Shown: positions 34,065-43,137 of the stretch, in pieces
Position numbering within the stretch: position 1 is the stretch's first letter
Layout of the letters: each line of letters starts with the position of its first letter
Source of the DNA: Pontiellaceae bacterium
Lineage (GTDB): Bacteria > Verrucomicrobiota > Kiritimatiellia > Kiritimatiellales > Tichowtungiaceae
Assembly: GCA_044224855.1 (NCBI GenBank)
Contig: JBGAJP010000003.1
Location: forward strand, 27,745-91,744
Reading direction: 5' to 3'
Length of the DNA stretch: 64,000 bases
Made by a program: the position numbers and the translations under genes
Notes under the pieces: generated by a model
Database searches by the model: none
What the model was told of the DNA's origin: nothing
Seen by the model: the letters and a program-made list of their open reading frames with translations, nothing else

Positions 34065-36482
34065 TTAATCCTCCGTTTTATGCTCCTCTTCGTCGTCCAA
34101 AAATTCCTGCGGGGCTTCTGCTTCGGAGAGAGGTTCGGCGCTTCCGCCGTGTTCGGGGATTTCACCGTCAAGGTCGATCAGAATATCGCGCGGACCGGTT
34201 TCAGTCGGCGGGCCGATGATGCCCTTTTCTTCAAGGATATCCATCAGCCGGGCGGCGCGGTTGTAGCCGATTTTCAGGCGGCGCTGGAGCGAAGAGGTGG
34301 AGGCGCGCTTGGTGCTGCGGAGTACCTCAACCGCGGCTTCGAGGAGATCGTCGCTTTCGTCCATATCCGGCAGTTCCGGCCGGTTGTTTTCGATCTTCTG
34401 TTTGATTTCGGTAATGAACTCCGGCATGCCCTGCGTGCGGATAAAGTCGGTGACACGGTGCATTTCGCCGTCGCTGGTCCAGGTTCCCTGCAGACGGACC
34501 GGTTTGTTTTTTCCGGGCGGCAGATAAAGCATATCGCCTTTACCGAGCAGTTTTTCGGCGCCGATGGTGTCGAGAATGGTGCGGCTGTCATTGCCCTGCG
34601 CCACCTGGAAAGCGATACGGCCCGGAATGTTGGCCTTGATCGTTCCGGTGATGACGTTGACGGACGGGCGCTGCGTGGCGAGGATCATATGAATCCCTGC
34701 CGCGCGGGAGAGCTGGGCCAGACGGACAATGCACGGCTCGATTTCCTGCTGCGCGACGCTCATCAGTTCGGCCAGCTCGTCCACGACGATGACGATGTAG
34801 GGCAGTTTGGCCGGAACCACATCTTTCGGCTGATCGTCTTCTTCGACGGCCGCGCCGAACAGGTCGGTCTGCTTTTCGATCGGGCGGGTATTGAAGCCCT
34901 TGATGTCGCGTACTTTCACCTTTTTGAATAAGGCGTAGCGTTTTTCCATTTCCTTAATCGCCCAGCGCAGACCGAGCGTCACCTTCTTGGCGTCGGTGAT
35001 GATCGGAACGACCAGGTGCTTGAGGTTTTCGTAGGCCTGGAACTCGAAGGTTTTCGGGTCCACCAGAATCAGGCGGAGCTGCTCGGGTGTGCGCGAAAGC
35101 AGCAGGCCGGTCAGCAGAGAATTCATACAGACGGTTTTACCCGCGCCGGTAGCTCCGGCGATCAGCATATGCGGCATGGCGGAAAGGTCGCCGACGACCA
35201 TGCGTCCGCTGACATCTTTACCGAGCGCAAGCGGCAGGGCGATGTCGGGATTGTGGAAAATAGGACTTTCAGCCAGTTCACGCAGATAGACAGCTGTACT
35301 CTTGGAGTTCGGCACTTCGATACCGACCGCGCCTTTACCGGGAATCGGCGCCTGAATACGGATGCTCTGGGCGCGGAGCGCCAGCGCAATATTGCGTTCC
35401 AGCGCGGAGATGCGTTCGACTCGTACGCCGGGGGCCGGCGTGATTTCGTAGGAAGTAACCGTCGGGCCGGTTTCGACGTGCGTCACCTGCCCCTGTACAT
35501 CAAACTCTTCGAGCGTGGCCTGAAGAATTTTCGCCTTTTCCTCGGTGTTTTCGGTCGATGTACGGGAAGCCAGCGAAGGCAGCTCGTCGAGGATCGTCAG
35601 CGGCGGGAGCTGATAGCCGGATTCGTCGCGGCCCGGAGCGATATTGACGGAAACGTTGGACAGCTCATCGGCGGGCGGCGGCGCAACCGGTTTAACTTTG
35701 GGCTGAGGTTTGACCGGTTCTGGTTTGGGTTCCGCTTTAGGCTCGGCTTTCGGTATCGAAACCGGCGGAACAAAGAGTTCGCCATCAGCCTGAGCAGGTT
35801 CGGGCGGCGGCAGAACGGCTTTCTTCGGCTTTTCTTTTTCAACCGGCTTCACCTGGCGGCCGAACTTCGGTTTCGGTGCCGCTGCGCGCGCTTCTTTGCG
35901 GGCGGCTCTGAACTCCTGAATTTTCCCCCAGAGGAATGTAAACGGGGTGAACGGGTGCATGCCGGTCAGCTGCAGGACGGCGAGAATGAAAACGGTGACA
36001 AAAACAATTCCTGCCCCAGTATGATTGATCAGCTTTCCGACCGTACGGATAGCCAGCAGCTGGCCGATCAGTCCGCCGGGGCTGCCCAGATTCAGGATAT
36101 CTTTCAGTCCGGCCCATAGACCGGTCTGATATTCAAAAAGGCTCGAAAGAGAGCTTAACCCGGCGACCAGCCAGGCCCAGACCGGCCAGCCGCGCTCGTA
36201 GGAGCGGAAGGTCATCATCAGGCCGCCCGTCAGCAGAAGGAAGGGAAGCAGGTATCCGCCGACACCGAAGAGCAGAAAGCCGATGAAAGCGAACCAGGCT
36301 CCGAACGGGCCGACCAGATTATGCGGCGGCGACGCTGGCGGGTTGTGCAGCCAGCCGATATCTTCGGGGTTGAACGAAAAGACACAGAGAAAGCTGAGCA
36401 GACAGAGTGCCAGAAGAATGACGCCGACTGCTTCGCGCTTCGGGGAACGGACAATTTCGGATTGCTTAGATTGTTTTGCCAT
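34065..36482 (-). CDS. ftsK: DNA translocase FtsK
   Basis: Four or five N-terminal TM helices, a Pro/Lys-rich linker, Walker A AGATGAGKT, and the gamma wHTH STSSLQRRLKIGYNRAARLMD. Confidence 0.95.
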   Translation of the reverse strand: MAKQSKQSEIVRSPKREAVGVILLALCLLSFLCVFSFNPEDIGWLHNPPASPPHNLVGPFGAWFAFIGFLLFGVGGYLLPFLLLTGGLMMTFRSYERGWPVWAWLVAGLSSLSSLFEYQTGLWAGLKDILNLGSPGGLIGQLLAIRTVGKLINHTGAGIVFVTVFILAVLQLTGMHPFTPFTFLWGKIQEFRAARKEARAAAPKPKFGRQVKPVEKEKPKKAVLPPPEPAQADGELFVPPVSIPKAEPKAEPKPEPVKPQPKVKPVAPPPADELSNVSVNIAPGRDESGYQLPPLTILDELPSLASRTSTENTEEKAKILQATLEEFDVQGQVTHVETGPTVTSYEITPAPGVRVERISALERNIALALRAQSIRIQAPIPGKGAVGIEVPNSKSTAVYLRELAESPIFHNPDIALPLALGKDVSGRMVVGDLSAMPHMLIAGATGAGKTVCMNSLLTGLLLSRTPEQLRLILVDPKTFEFQAYENLKHLVVPIITDAKKVTLGLRWAIKEMEKRYALFKKVKVRDIKGFNTRPIEKQTDLFGAAVEEDDQPKDVVPAKLPYIVIVVDELAELMSVAQQEIEPCIVRLAQLSRAAGIHMILATQRPSVNVITGTIKANIPGRIAFQVAQGNDSRTILDTIGAEKLLGKGDMLYLPPGKNKPVRLQGTWTSDGEMHRVTDFIRTQGMPEFITEIKQKIENNRPELPDMDESDDLLEAAVEVLRSTKRASTSSLQRRLKIGYNRAARLMDILEEKGIIGPPTETGPRDILIDLDGEIPEHGGSAEPLSEAEAPQEFLDDEEEHKTED

Positions 36483-36552
36483 TTCGTCGAGTATAGCCGC
36501 AGAAAAATGATTTTGAATACCGAAATCTCATTTATCTAGGGCTTCCAAATAC

Positions 36553-36585
36553 AAAAAACCCCGCCGGAATGACGGGGTTTTTTTA
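36553..36585 (-). terminator. Rho-independent terminator downstream of EF-hand gene 1
   Basis: aaaaaaccccgccgg-aatga-cggggttttttt, symmetric with an A-run and a T-run. Confidence 0.75.
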
Positions 36586-36633
36586 AAAACAGCGGTTGGG
36601 CGCGAAGACCCGATCCGCATCGCATAAACCTGC

Positions 36634-36885
36634 TTATTCAGCATCTTTTTTTGGAGCGGCCGTTTTTTGTGCCTCAAACGCTTTTTGTTCCGCCGGAGAA
36701 ATCAGGCCGTCTTTATTTGTGTCTACTTTATTAAAATATGCGAGCACGCCCGCTTCATTGAAATCTTTTCCAGCCGCTTCCGCCTGGGCTTTTTTCTTAG
36801 CAAGGAGCTGCTCTTTGTTCATATCGGCGGCACTTGCGGTAATACCAATCATGGCGATCATGCTAAACAGAAGTAACTTCTTCAT
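36634..36885 (-). CDS. Small secreted EF-hand calcium-binding protein, paralog 1
   Basis: Signal peptide MKKLLLFSMIAMIGITASAA and EF-hand loop DTNKDGLISPAE. Confidence 0.75.
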   Translation of the reverse strand: MKKLLLFSMIAMIGITASAADMNKEQLLAKKKAQAEAAGKDFNEAGVLAYFNKVDTNKDGLISPAEQKAFEAQKTAAPKKDAE

Positions 36886-36993
36886 CCTGCTCTCTCCCCC
36901 GGTGTTTGATGTTAAACAAGAACCCCTCCATCGGAGCTCACTATACAGAACAAAAGATGCCGCCAGACCCGGTAAAAGTCAATTTATAAGGCG
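36827..36993. repeat. 167-bp near-identical block (signal-peptide codons + 5-prime UTR + promoter region), copy 1
   Basis: Aligns with 37321-37487 with only about a dozen mismatches by eye. The mature-protein parts are much more diverged. Confidence 0.85.
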
Positions 36994-37048
36994 TAACACG
37001 GCAGGAATCGATTATTGGTAATTCTCTATCCATCAGCCGAATATAAAA

Positions 37049-37079
37049 CAAAAAACCCCGCCTCAATGGCGGGGTTTTT
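37049..37079 (-). terminator. Rho-independent terminator downstream of EF-hand gene 2
   Basis: aaaaaaccccgcc-tcaat-ggcggggttttt. Confidence 0.75.
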
Positions 37080-37124
37080 GTTGGGATCCTGAATCCTTTT
37101 AGCAAGTCAGATTTATCTGCTGCC

Positions 37125-37379
37125 TTACTGGGCTTTTTTCGCTTCGACAGCGGCCTTTGCGGCGGCTTTGGCGGCGGCCTGTTCTTCATCTGACAGTACA
37201 CCGTCCTTATTCAGATCCTGTCTTTCGAAGTTTCCCGAGTGTCCTTTTTCGTTGAAAGTTTTTCCGGCCTTTTCAGCGTCGGCTTTCTTTTTGGCCATAT
37301 AATCTGGTTTTGTTATGTCTGCGGCGCTTGCGGTAATACCAATCATGGCGATCATGCTGAACAGAAGTAACTTCTTCAT
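37125..37379 (-). CDS. Small secreted EF-hand calcium-binding protein, paralog 2
   Basis: The first 20 residues (MKKLLLFSMIAMIGITASAA) are identical to paralog 1. EF-hand loop DLNKDGVLSDEE. Confidence 0.75.
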   Translation of the reverse strand: MKKLLLFSMIAMIGITASAADITKPDYMAKKKADAEKAGKTFNEKGHSGNFERQDLNKDGVLSDEEQAAAKAAAKAAVEAKKAQ

Positions 37380-37487
37380 CTTGCTCTCTCCCCCGGTGTT
37401 TGATGTTAAACAAGAACCCCTCCATCGGAGCTCACTATACGGAGCAAAAGATGCCGCCGGAGCAGGTAGAAGTCAATTTATAAGGCG
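37321..37487. repeat. 167-bp near-identical block, copy 2
   Basis: See 36827-36993. The spacing between copies is 494 bp. Confidence 0.85.
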
Positions 37488-38278
37488 GTACACTTGAAAA
37501 GCAGCACGACAGGAATGCGGGCGAGCTGGGGATAAAGTTCGCGCCAGCCTGCGCTGTCATACGGAACCTTGGCGCGGATTTCCGCTTCACTCATTTCAGG
37601 AATCGGCATTGGCACCGGTTCGAGCAGCCGTTCTATGACCAGTCCGGCGGAATGAATCCATTCGGCAACGGCTGAAACCGGCCAGTAGTTCGCGGCGCTC
37701 ATGGTTTTATCGTCCAGTGACATCCGTACGTCCGGTTCCGGCCGGAAATAGTCGGGCAGAAAGACCCCGTCTTCTCCGTCGCCGATGTCAAGCCATTCGC
37801 CCGCATAAAGCGGATGGCCGGTTGTCAGCAGAAAGGTGCCGCCGGGCTTCAGCATCGCAGCGGCATCCGCAATTACCTTTTGCGGATCGGCGGAAAAGGG
37901 CAGTGCGTACGCCGAATGAATCAGGTCGAATTTTCCAAGGTCGCCCATCGCGTCCATCGAAATGCAGCGGAAATCCACTGCGACCTTTTCCGCGGCGGCC
38001 AGCTTACGGCCGTGCGCCAGCTGTGCTTCGGAGATATCAATGGCGACGCATTCAGCGCCCTGCTTGGCGAGAAAGATGGAATTCTGTCCCGCGCCGCAGC
38101 CGATCTCCAGGCAACTGCGTTGCGGCAAAGGGGGAAGCAGGCCAAGAATAGAATCCCCCGGAAGGAGCGGGCCGTAGTGGAAATCATCCGTCGAGATACG
38201 TGTTTCGCGCTGGTAGAGTTCCGCGAGGTCGTCCCAGTAGCGCGCGCTGCTTCGGTCGCTGTTGCCTTTAAACCGCAT
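37478..38278 (-). CDS. Class I SAM-dependent methyltransferase
   Basis: Motif I CLEIGCGAGQNS. Confidence 0.75.
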   Translation of the reverse strand: MRFKGNSDRSSARYWDDLAELYQRETRISTDDFHYGPLLPGDSILGLLPPLPQRSCLEIGCGAGQNSIFLAKQGAECVAIDISEAQLAHGRKLAAAEKVAVDFRCISMDAMGDLGKFDLIHSAYALPFSADPQKVIADAAAMLKPGGTFLLTTGHPLYAGEWLDIGDGEDGVFLPDYFRPEPDVRMSLDDKTMSAANYWPVSAVAEWIHSAGLVIERLLEPVPMPIPEMSEAEIRAKVPYDSAGWRELYPQLARIPVVLLFKCTAL

Positions 38279-38282
38279 AGGG

Positions 38283-39101
38283 TCAGGCTTTCATGCCCGT
38301 TGCGATAAAAACGCCGACCGAGCCCCATGCATTCGGAGCCTGCGCGGCGGATTTAATCTTTTTGAGCTGCGGCAGCGCGAACAGCTTCTGCAGTTTATTG
38401 AGCATTTCCAGGCGGAAAAGCACCGCAACGCCGAGAAACATCTTTACGCCGATGTCTTCGGTGGTGATCGGCCGGATTCTGGTAGAGACCTCTTTGAATC
38501 CGGCTTCATTCAGCATTCCGTAAAGCTGCGAGCCGATCAGCCGGTTGCCGCCTTTGCGCTTCTGCCCGGCGCCGGCCTTGCGGATGAATTTGACGAACGC
38601 GTCGCTTTCCGGCGCGAAGCTGGTCCAGTTATCGTCAATGTCCAGCACGCAGAGAATCCCGCCCGGCTTTAAAACGCGCATAATGTTCTGAAGTGCCAGC
38701 TGCGGTTTTTCCAGATGCTGGAAAACGAAGCGGGCGTAGATGAAATCGAAAGCGTTTTTCGGCAGGGCGAGATTGTAGACATTGCCGGTCAGGAACGAGA
38801 CGTTATCCACTTTTTCGGACACCTTGGCCTGATGGGCGGTAAAGATCAGCTCTTTGCTGATGTCCACACCGGTAACCGTTCCGGTTCCGGCTACCCGGGC
38901 CAGCTCGCAACTGATGAATCCGGGGCCGCAGGCAAGATCGAGCACGTTCATACCGGGTTTTAAGCCTGCGTTTTTCCAAACCTCCCGCTCAATATCAATC
39001 GCCACCGTCGCCTGCATCTTCAGGCGGGCAAGCTCCTCGGCATTTTTCTGAAACCGGCCGAACTTGTACGATCCGGCATCTGAAAGTTGGTCATCGGTCA
39101 T
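38283..39101 (-). CDS. Class I SAM-dependent methyltransferase
   Basis: Motif I VLDLACGPGFIS and post-I VTGVDIS. Confidence 0.75.
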   Translation of the reverse strand: MTDDQLSDAGSYKFGRFQKNAEELARLKMQATVAIDIEREVWKNAGLKPGMNVLDLACGPGFISCELARVAGTGTVTGVDISKELIFTAHQAKVSEKVDNVSFLTGNVYNLALPKNAFDFIYARFVFQHLEKPQLALQNIMRVLKPGGILCVLDIDDNWTSFAPESDAFVKFIRKAGAGQKRKGGNRLIGSQLYGMLNEAGFKEVSTRIRPITTEDIGVKMFLGVAVLFRLEMLNKLQKLFALPQLKKIKSAAQAPNAWGSVGVFIATGMKA

Positions 39102-39114
39102 GGAATTCTCCGTG

Positions 39115-39705
39115 TTACGGCGCGTCGATCAGCGCCTGAAGTTTTTCGGCCAGAGCGGTGAATCCGCGATCCTTGGCAAATTTCGCGGCGGTGTCGTTAT
39201 CCTTATCTTTCATTTTCGGGTCGGCCCCGCGTTCGAGCAGAATATCCACCACTGGCGAAAGCCCTTCGGCGGCCGCGAACATCAGCGCGTTAAAATGATC
39301 CACGTTATCAACTGCGTTTATCTCGGAACCTTTATCGAGCAGCAGCCGGACCGCGGCCGGAAACGGACCGGAAGAGGCAAACATCAGTGCGGTCCGCCCG
39401 TTTTTATCACGCAGTTTAATGTCTGCGCCGGCATCGAGCAGAACCTGTATGACGTTGGTATGACCGTTAAACGAAGCCAGCATCAATCCTGTGTTTCCGG
39501 TTTCTTCCGCCTGATTCACCGGCATGCCGGCTTTAAGCGCGGCAGCGACCTTTTGCACATCTCCGTTGAAAGCGGCGTCGGCAAAAGCGGCGATCGCTTC
39601 GGCGGTCGGTGGCGGAACGGGAGCCGGCTGCGGTTTTTTCCCGCAGCCGCAGAATACGGCAGAACAGGCGAGCAGAGCCAGAACCGGGAAAGCTGTTATA
39701 CGCAT
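39115..39705 (-). CDS. Ankyrin-repeat lipoprotein
   Basis: Lipobox-like LLACSAVFCGCG after MRITAFPVLA. ANK repeats GNTGLMLASFNGHTNVIQVLLDAGADI and GRTALMFA. Confidence 0.75.
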   Translation of the reverse strand: MRITAFPVLALLACSAVFCGCGKKPQPAPVPPPTAEAIAAFADAAFNGDVQKVAAALKAGMPVNQAEETGNTGLMLASFNGHTNVIQVLLDAGADIKLRDKNGRTALMFASSGPFPAAVRLLLDKGSEINAVDNVDHFNALMFAAAEGLSPVVDILLERGADPKMKDKDNDTAAKFAKDRGFTALAEKLQALIDAP

Positions 39706-39790
39706 AAGAACCCCTTTGTTAGGGGCAGACCATAAAGTTGCCGCCATCCGATTGCCAGCTCTTTTGTCCTTCTGCGCCGGACTTCCGGCC

Positions 39791-40198
39791 TCACGCTTTA
39801 AAAAACGTTTTTACCTTCGCGACAACCTGCGGTTCGGTCATCTTATCGCACGTTTCCACGGCGGAAATCCGGACACGCAAACCCTTATTCTTCTCAATCT
39901 CCTTCACCAGCTCGTGTTTGGCGTCGCCGGGGCCGAAAATGAAAAGCTCTTCGGCTGCGCCGACGGCTTTGATTAATTCCTGATAGTAGGCGTGAAGATG
40001 ATGCTTACGGCGTTCATCTTCTTTTTGTTCTTTGACGATCGATTGCGCCATAGCCGTTCCGCCCGCCTTCCAGCCGCCGGACGGACTGAAGCGGGTTCCG
40101 ACCTCCGATTCCACGCGGCGAACCGACGTTGCGCCATCCTTCATCGAAACCAGAACCGCTTCCTTGTGATCAATCCAGAGTCCAATCGTTCTGCTCAT
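39791..40198 (-). CDS. Hypothetical protein (possibly eRF1/host-attachment-protein-like fold)
   Basis: 135 aa with a strong GGAGG RBS. The fold suggestion is a weak recollection only. Confidence 0.4.
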   Translation of the reverse strand: MSRTIGLWIDHKEAVLVSMKDGATSVRRVESEVGTRFSPSGGWKAGGTAMAQSIVKEQKEDERRKHHLHAYYQELIKAVGAAEELFIFGPGDAKHELVKEIEKNKGLRVRISAVETCDKMTEPQVVAKVKTFFKA

Positions 40199-40305
40199 AG
40201 GAGCCTCCTTCCTCTGGCGGAAGACCGGAGTTCAATCCTCTGCTTCTCCCGTCGGCTGTATTTTGATCCAGAACCGCCCGGGAAGAAAGGAGTATTTTGA
40301 AGGTT

Positions 40306-41550
40306 CTAGCCGCGCAACGTGAGCAGAAAAACCTTATCCTGACGGCGAGCCTTGCGGGGCAGGGCGAGCGTAACGGCATCGTTCGGCTGTGCGGACTCGG
40401 CCGGCTCGCCGTTTACGCGCAAACCTTCGACGGGGAACCGCAGCGCGCCGGTCGTCGGCCCTTCAATCAAAAGCGAATCGCCGGTTTTGATCGAATGACG
40501 CCGCAAGGTGAACTCGGCGATATTGGCTTTGCTGTAAAAATTGCTGAGAACGCCGACTTCGTCGCGCTGCTCGGTCGCCTGCGAATCGGCGGCACCGGCC
40601 CACTCGCCGAGCTTTTCGCCGCAGTAATAGCCGCCGTGCCAGAACCCGCGGTTAAAAACCTTCTCCAGTTCCGCCGTCCATGCCGCGCATTTTTCCGGCG
40701 TATAGGTTCCGGCGGCCAGCGCGTCGAGCGCTTCGCGGTAAACCTTCGTTACCGTTGCGACGTAATCGGCGGAGCGGCCGCGGCCTTCGATCTTCAGCAC
40801 CGAAATTCCGGCGTCGGTGATTTTATCCAGAAACTGAATCGTGCAGATATCCTTCGGCGACATCACATACTTATTGTCGATCACCAGCTCCGCGCCGGTT
40901 TCGTTGTCGGTCACGCGGTAACTGCGGCGGCAGGGCTGGAAACAGGCGCCGCGGTTGGCGGAATGGTCGTACTGCGCGAGGCTCATGTAGCACTTGCCGC
41001 TGACCGCCACGCACAGCGCGCCGTGAGCGAACAGTTCGAGCCGGACCGGTTCGCCGGACGGCCCGCGCAGATTTTTCTCCTGCACTTTTTTCGCGATCGA
41101 GGAAATCTGTTCCAGCGAAAGCTCGCGCGCCAGCACCACGGTATCGGCGTAACGGGCATAAAATTCCAACGCCTGGAAATTCGTCACGTTGGCCTGCACC
41201 GAAATATGCACTTCGAGTCCGATTGAGCGGGCGTATTCAATCGTCGCGATGTCGGTGGCGATCACGGCGGAAACGCCGGCGGCCTTGGCGGCATCGCACA
41301 ACGCCTGCATTTCCTCCATCTCATCGTCATAAACAATCGTATTAAGCGTCAGGTAGCTCTTTACGCCTGCCGACCGGCAGAGCCGCGCAACCTTCGGCAG
41401 ATCCTCCGGCGCCAGATCGGCGGAGCGGGCGCGCATATTCAGTTTGCCGACGCCGAAATAAACGGAATCCGCGCCGGCGCGGATCGCTGCCGCCAGCGCC
41501 GCCTCGGAGCCCGCTGGGCTCATCAGTTCGATTTTTGAGGGGTTGTTCAT
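40306..41550 (-). CDS. Peptidase U32 family protein (RlhA/TrhP-type RNA hydroxylase family)
   Basis: N-terminus IELMSPAGSEAALAAAIRAGADSVYFG, typical of U32. Start taken at MNNPSK. Confidence 0.8.
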   Translation of the reverse strand: MNNPSKIELMSPAGSEAALAAAIRAGADSVYFGVGKLNMRARSADLAPEDLPKVARLCRSAGVKSYLTLNTIVYDDEMEEMQALCDAAKAAGVSAVIATDIATIEYARSIGLEVHISVQANVTNFQALEFYARYADTVVLARELSLEQISSIAKKVQEKNLRGPSGEPVRLELFAHGALCVAVSGKCYMSLAQYDHSANRGACFQPCRRSYRVTDNETGAELVIDNKYVMSPKDICTIQFLDKITDAGISVLKIEGRGRSADYVATVTKVYREALDALAAGTYTPEKCAAWTAELEKVFNRGFWHGGYYCGEKLGEWAGAADSQATEQRDEVGVLSNFYSKANIAEFTLRRHSIKTGDSLLIEGPTTGALRFPVEGLRVNGEPAESAQPNDAVTLALPRKARRQDKVFLLTLRG

Positions 41551-41768
41551 AGGTTTTTCTGAAGTCTGCCACTCTCTGCGACTATTGCCCAGCAACAGCT
41601 AAGTCTCTTTTCGTTATCGCCTAATAGAGGAAACATTTTGCCAATCAACCGTCAACTCGCTAAAACCTTCTGCGCCGCAGGAGCTTGTGGAAAATGATGA
41701 AGAAAAAACAAAAGAAGCGGTGCGATGGTCTGAACCTTTTCGTCCTCCGGATCGTCCTATAGGCAAAT

Positions 41769-42308
41769 ATGCAAGGTAACTGTGAAACGATAAGGGATGA
41801 GATTCTTGTTCTGCAAAGCAAGCAGGGTTGCGCCGATGCCTTTGGAAAACTGGTTGATCGATGGCAGAAGCGGCTTTGGTTTTGCGCTTTTCGGATCACG
41901 CAAAACGAAGCGGCGTCTTGGGACATTGTTCAGGACACATGGGCAAAGGCAATGAACTCTCTTTCACGGCTCGACGATTCTGCCGCTTTCCCCGGATGGA
42001 TTCTCAGGATTACAAATAATCTCGCGATAGATTGGGTCAGAAGGGAAATTCGGCAACGGGAGGCGCAGGAATCCTACACACGGTTTGCCGAACAAACGAC
42101 CGACGCGACGCATCTTACCTTGGAAGCCGTTCGCTTTGCGTTGACCCGACTTTCCGGGACAGACGCCGAAATTCTGACTCTTTTTTACTTTGCCGGATTC
42201 AAGCTGGCTGAAATTTCCGGTCTGCTGGGCATTCCTGAGGGCACGGCTAAATCGCGTCTTCATTACGCACGAGCCAAGATTAAAACCGTTCTGGAGGAAC
42301 AGCCATGA
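41769..42308 (+). CDS. ECF-type RNA polymerase sigma factor
   Basis: Region 2 (DIVQDTWAKA) and the region 4 HTH (LAEISGLLGIPEGTAKSRLHYARAKI). AT-richer than its surroundings. Confidence 0.85.
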   Translation: MQGNCETIRDEILVLQSKQGCADAFGKLVDRWQKRLWFCAFRITQNEAASWDIVQDTWAKAMNSLSRLDDSAAFPGWILRITNNLAIDWVRREIRQREAQESYTRFAEQTTDATHLTLEAVRFALTRLSGTDAEILTLFYFAGFKLAEISGLLGIPEGTAKSRLHYARAKIKTVLEEQP

Positions 42309-42676
42309 CAGAAAAACGATTTGACGAAGAGCTGTTTAAACTGGTTGCACAGGGAACGCCATATGATCAACAGAAGCATGAAAAAATGCTTCAGGAGGTA
42401 ACGATGAAATACAAAGTAAAAACAAACAAAGCAAAATATCTAACTTGGGCCTATCTTGCCGTTTGCACGAGCCTGATATTGCTTGGGTTTCAGCAGTTCT
42501 TCAGGACGGATGACATCAAAAAGATGATCTTCATTATGACACTCATCATTATCTTTCATAGTGGAACGGTTTTGATGAAACTGTGGTGGTGGACATACAG
42601 TTCTCGCAATGCCGTCCTGGAAGAGTTGAAAACGATCCGATTGCAACTGGCAGAAATGCAGTCCACTGATAAATAA
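42305..42676 (+). CDS. Putative membrane anti-sigma factor
   Basis: Overlaps the sigma factor stop (ATGA). 123 aa with two TM helices. Confidence 0.5.
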   Translation: MTEKRFDEELFKLVAQGTPYDQQKHEKMLQEVTMKYKVKTNKAKYLTWAYLAVCTSLILLGFQQFFRTDDIKKMIFIMTLIIIFHSGTVLMKLWWWTYSSRNAVLEELKTIRLQLAEMQSTDK

Positions 42677-42942
42677 ACACGGTACAAACTACTTGTGGAA
42701 AGTGGACTTGGGAGCTGTTGACAGTGCTGCTTCCGGCCCTGCCGGAGACATCAGCTCGATTCCGGAGAACTTATCTACGATCAAGAAAACTTCTCTGCTG
42801 AAGTTATCCATTCGAAATTGCGCGAGTACGGTACTTACATGTTTCGGCTAAAGCTCAATCATATTCAACTCGTTCGCTGGCATCCATTTGTTCGCTATGC
42901 CCGCGAAGTCTGACCTTGCGTTGCAGAACACATTCCAGCGAG

Positions 42943-43022
42943 CAGGCCGCAGGCGGCACCAATATCCTTGCCGCCGCTGTAGCGCCGGGCGAGGCGAGGT
43001 GACGGCGCAGGGCGTCGCGGAA
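42943..43022 (-). pseudogene. Duplicated, frameshifted fragment of the rlmN-like 3-prime end
   Basis: About 80 nt align with 43155-43241 (caggccgcaggcggcaccaatatccttgccgccgctgtagcg...) with a 7-nt deletion. Confidence 0.75.
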
Positions 43023-43036
43023 CGAATGGTTTTCAA

Positions 43037-43137
43037 GTACTGCCGGAACTCAGCCGTACCCGGCGTGGATCCGGCAAGCTCATCCATCCCGTCCGTAAGA
43101 CGGATCTACGAGCTTCGCTCTAAGCTCCGGCTTTACT
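43037..43137 (-). repeat. REP-family element copy 2 (long variant), abutting the rlmN-like stop codon
   Basis: gtactgccggaactcagccgtacccggcgtggatccggcaa ... ctaagctccggctttac. Confidence 0.7.

Noticed and set aside
42848-43087. 79-aa minus-strand ORF between the anti-sigma gene and rlmN
   Set aside because: It is assembled from the frameshifted rlmN fragment and a REP copy, so it is not an independent gene.
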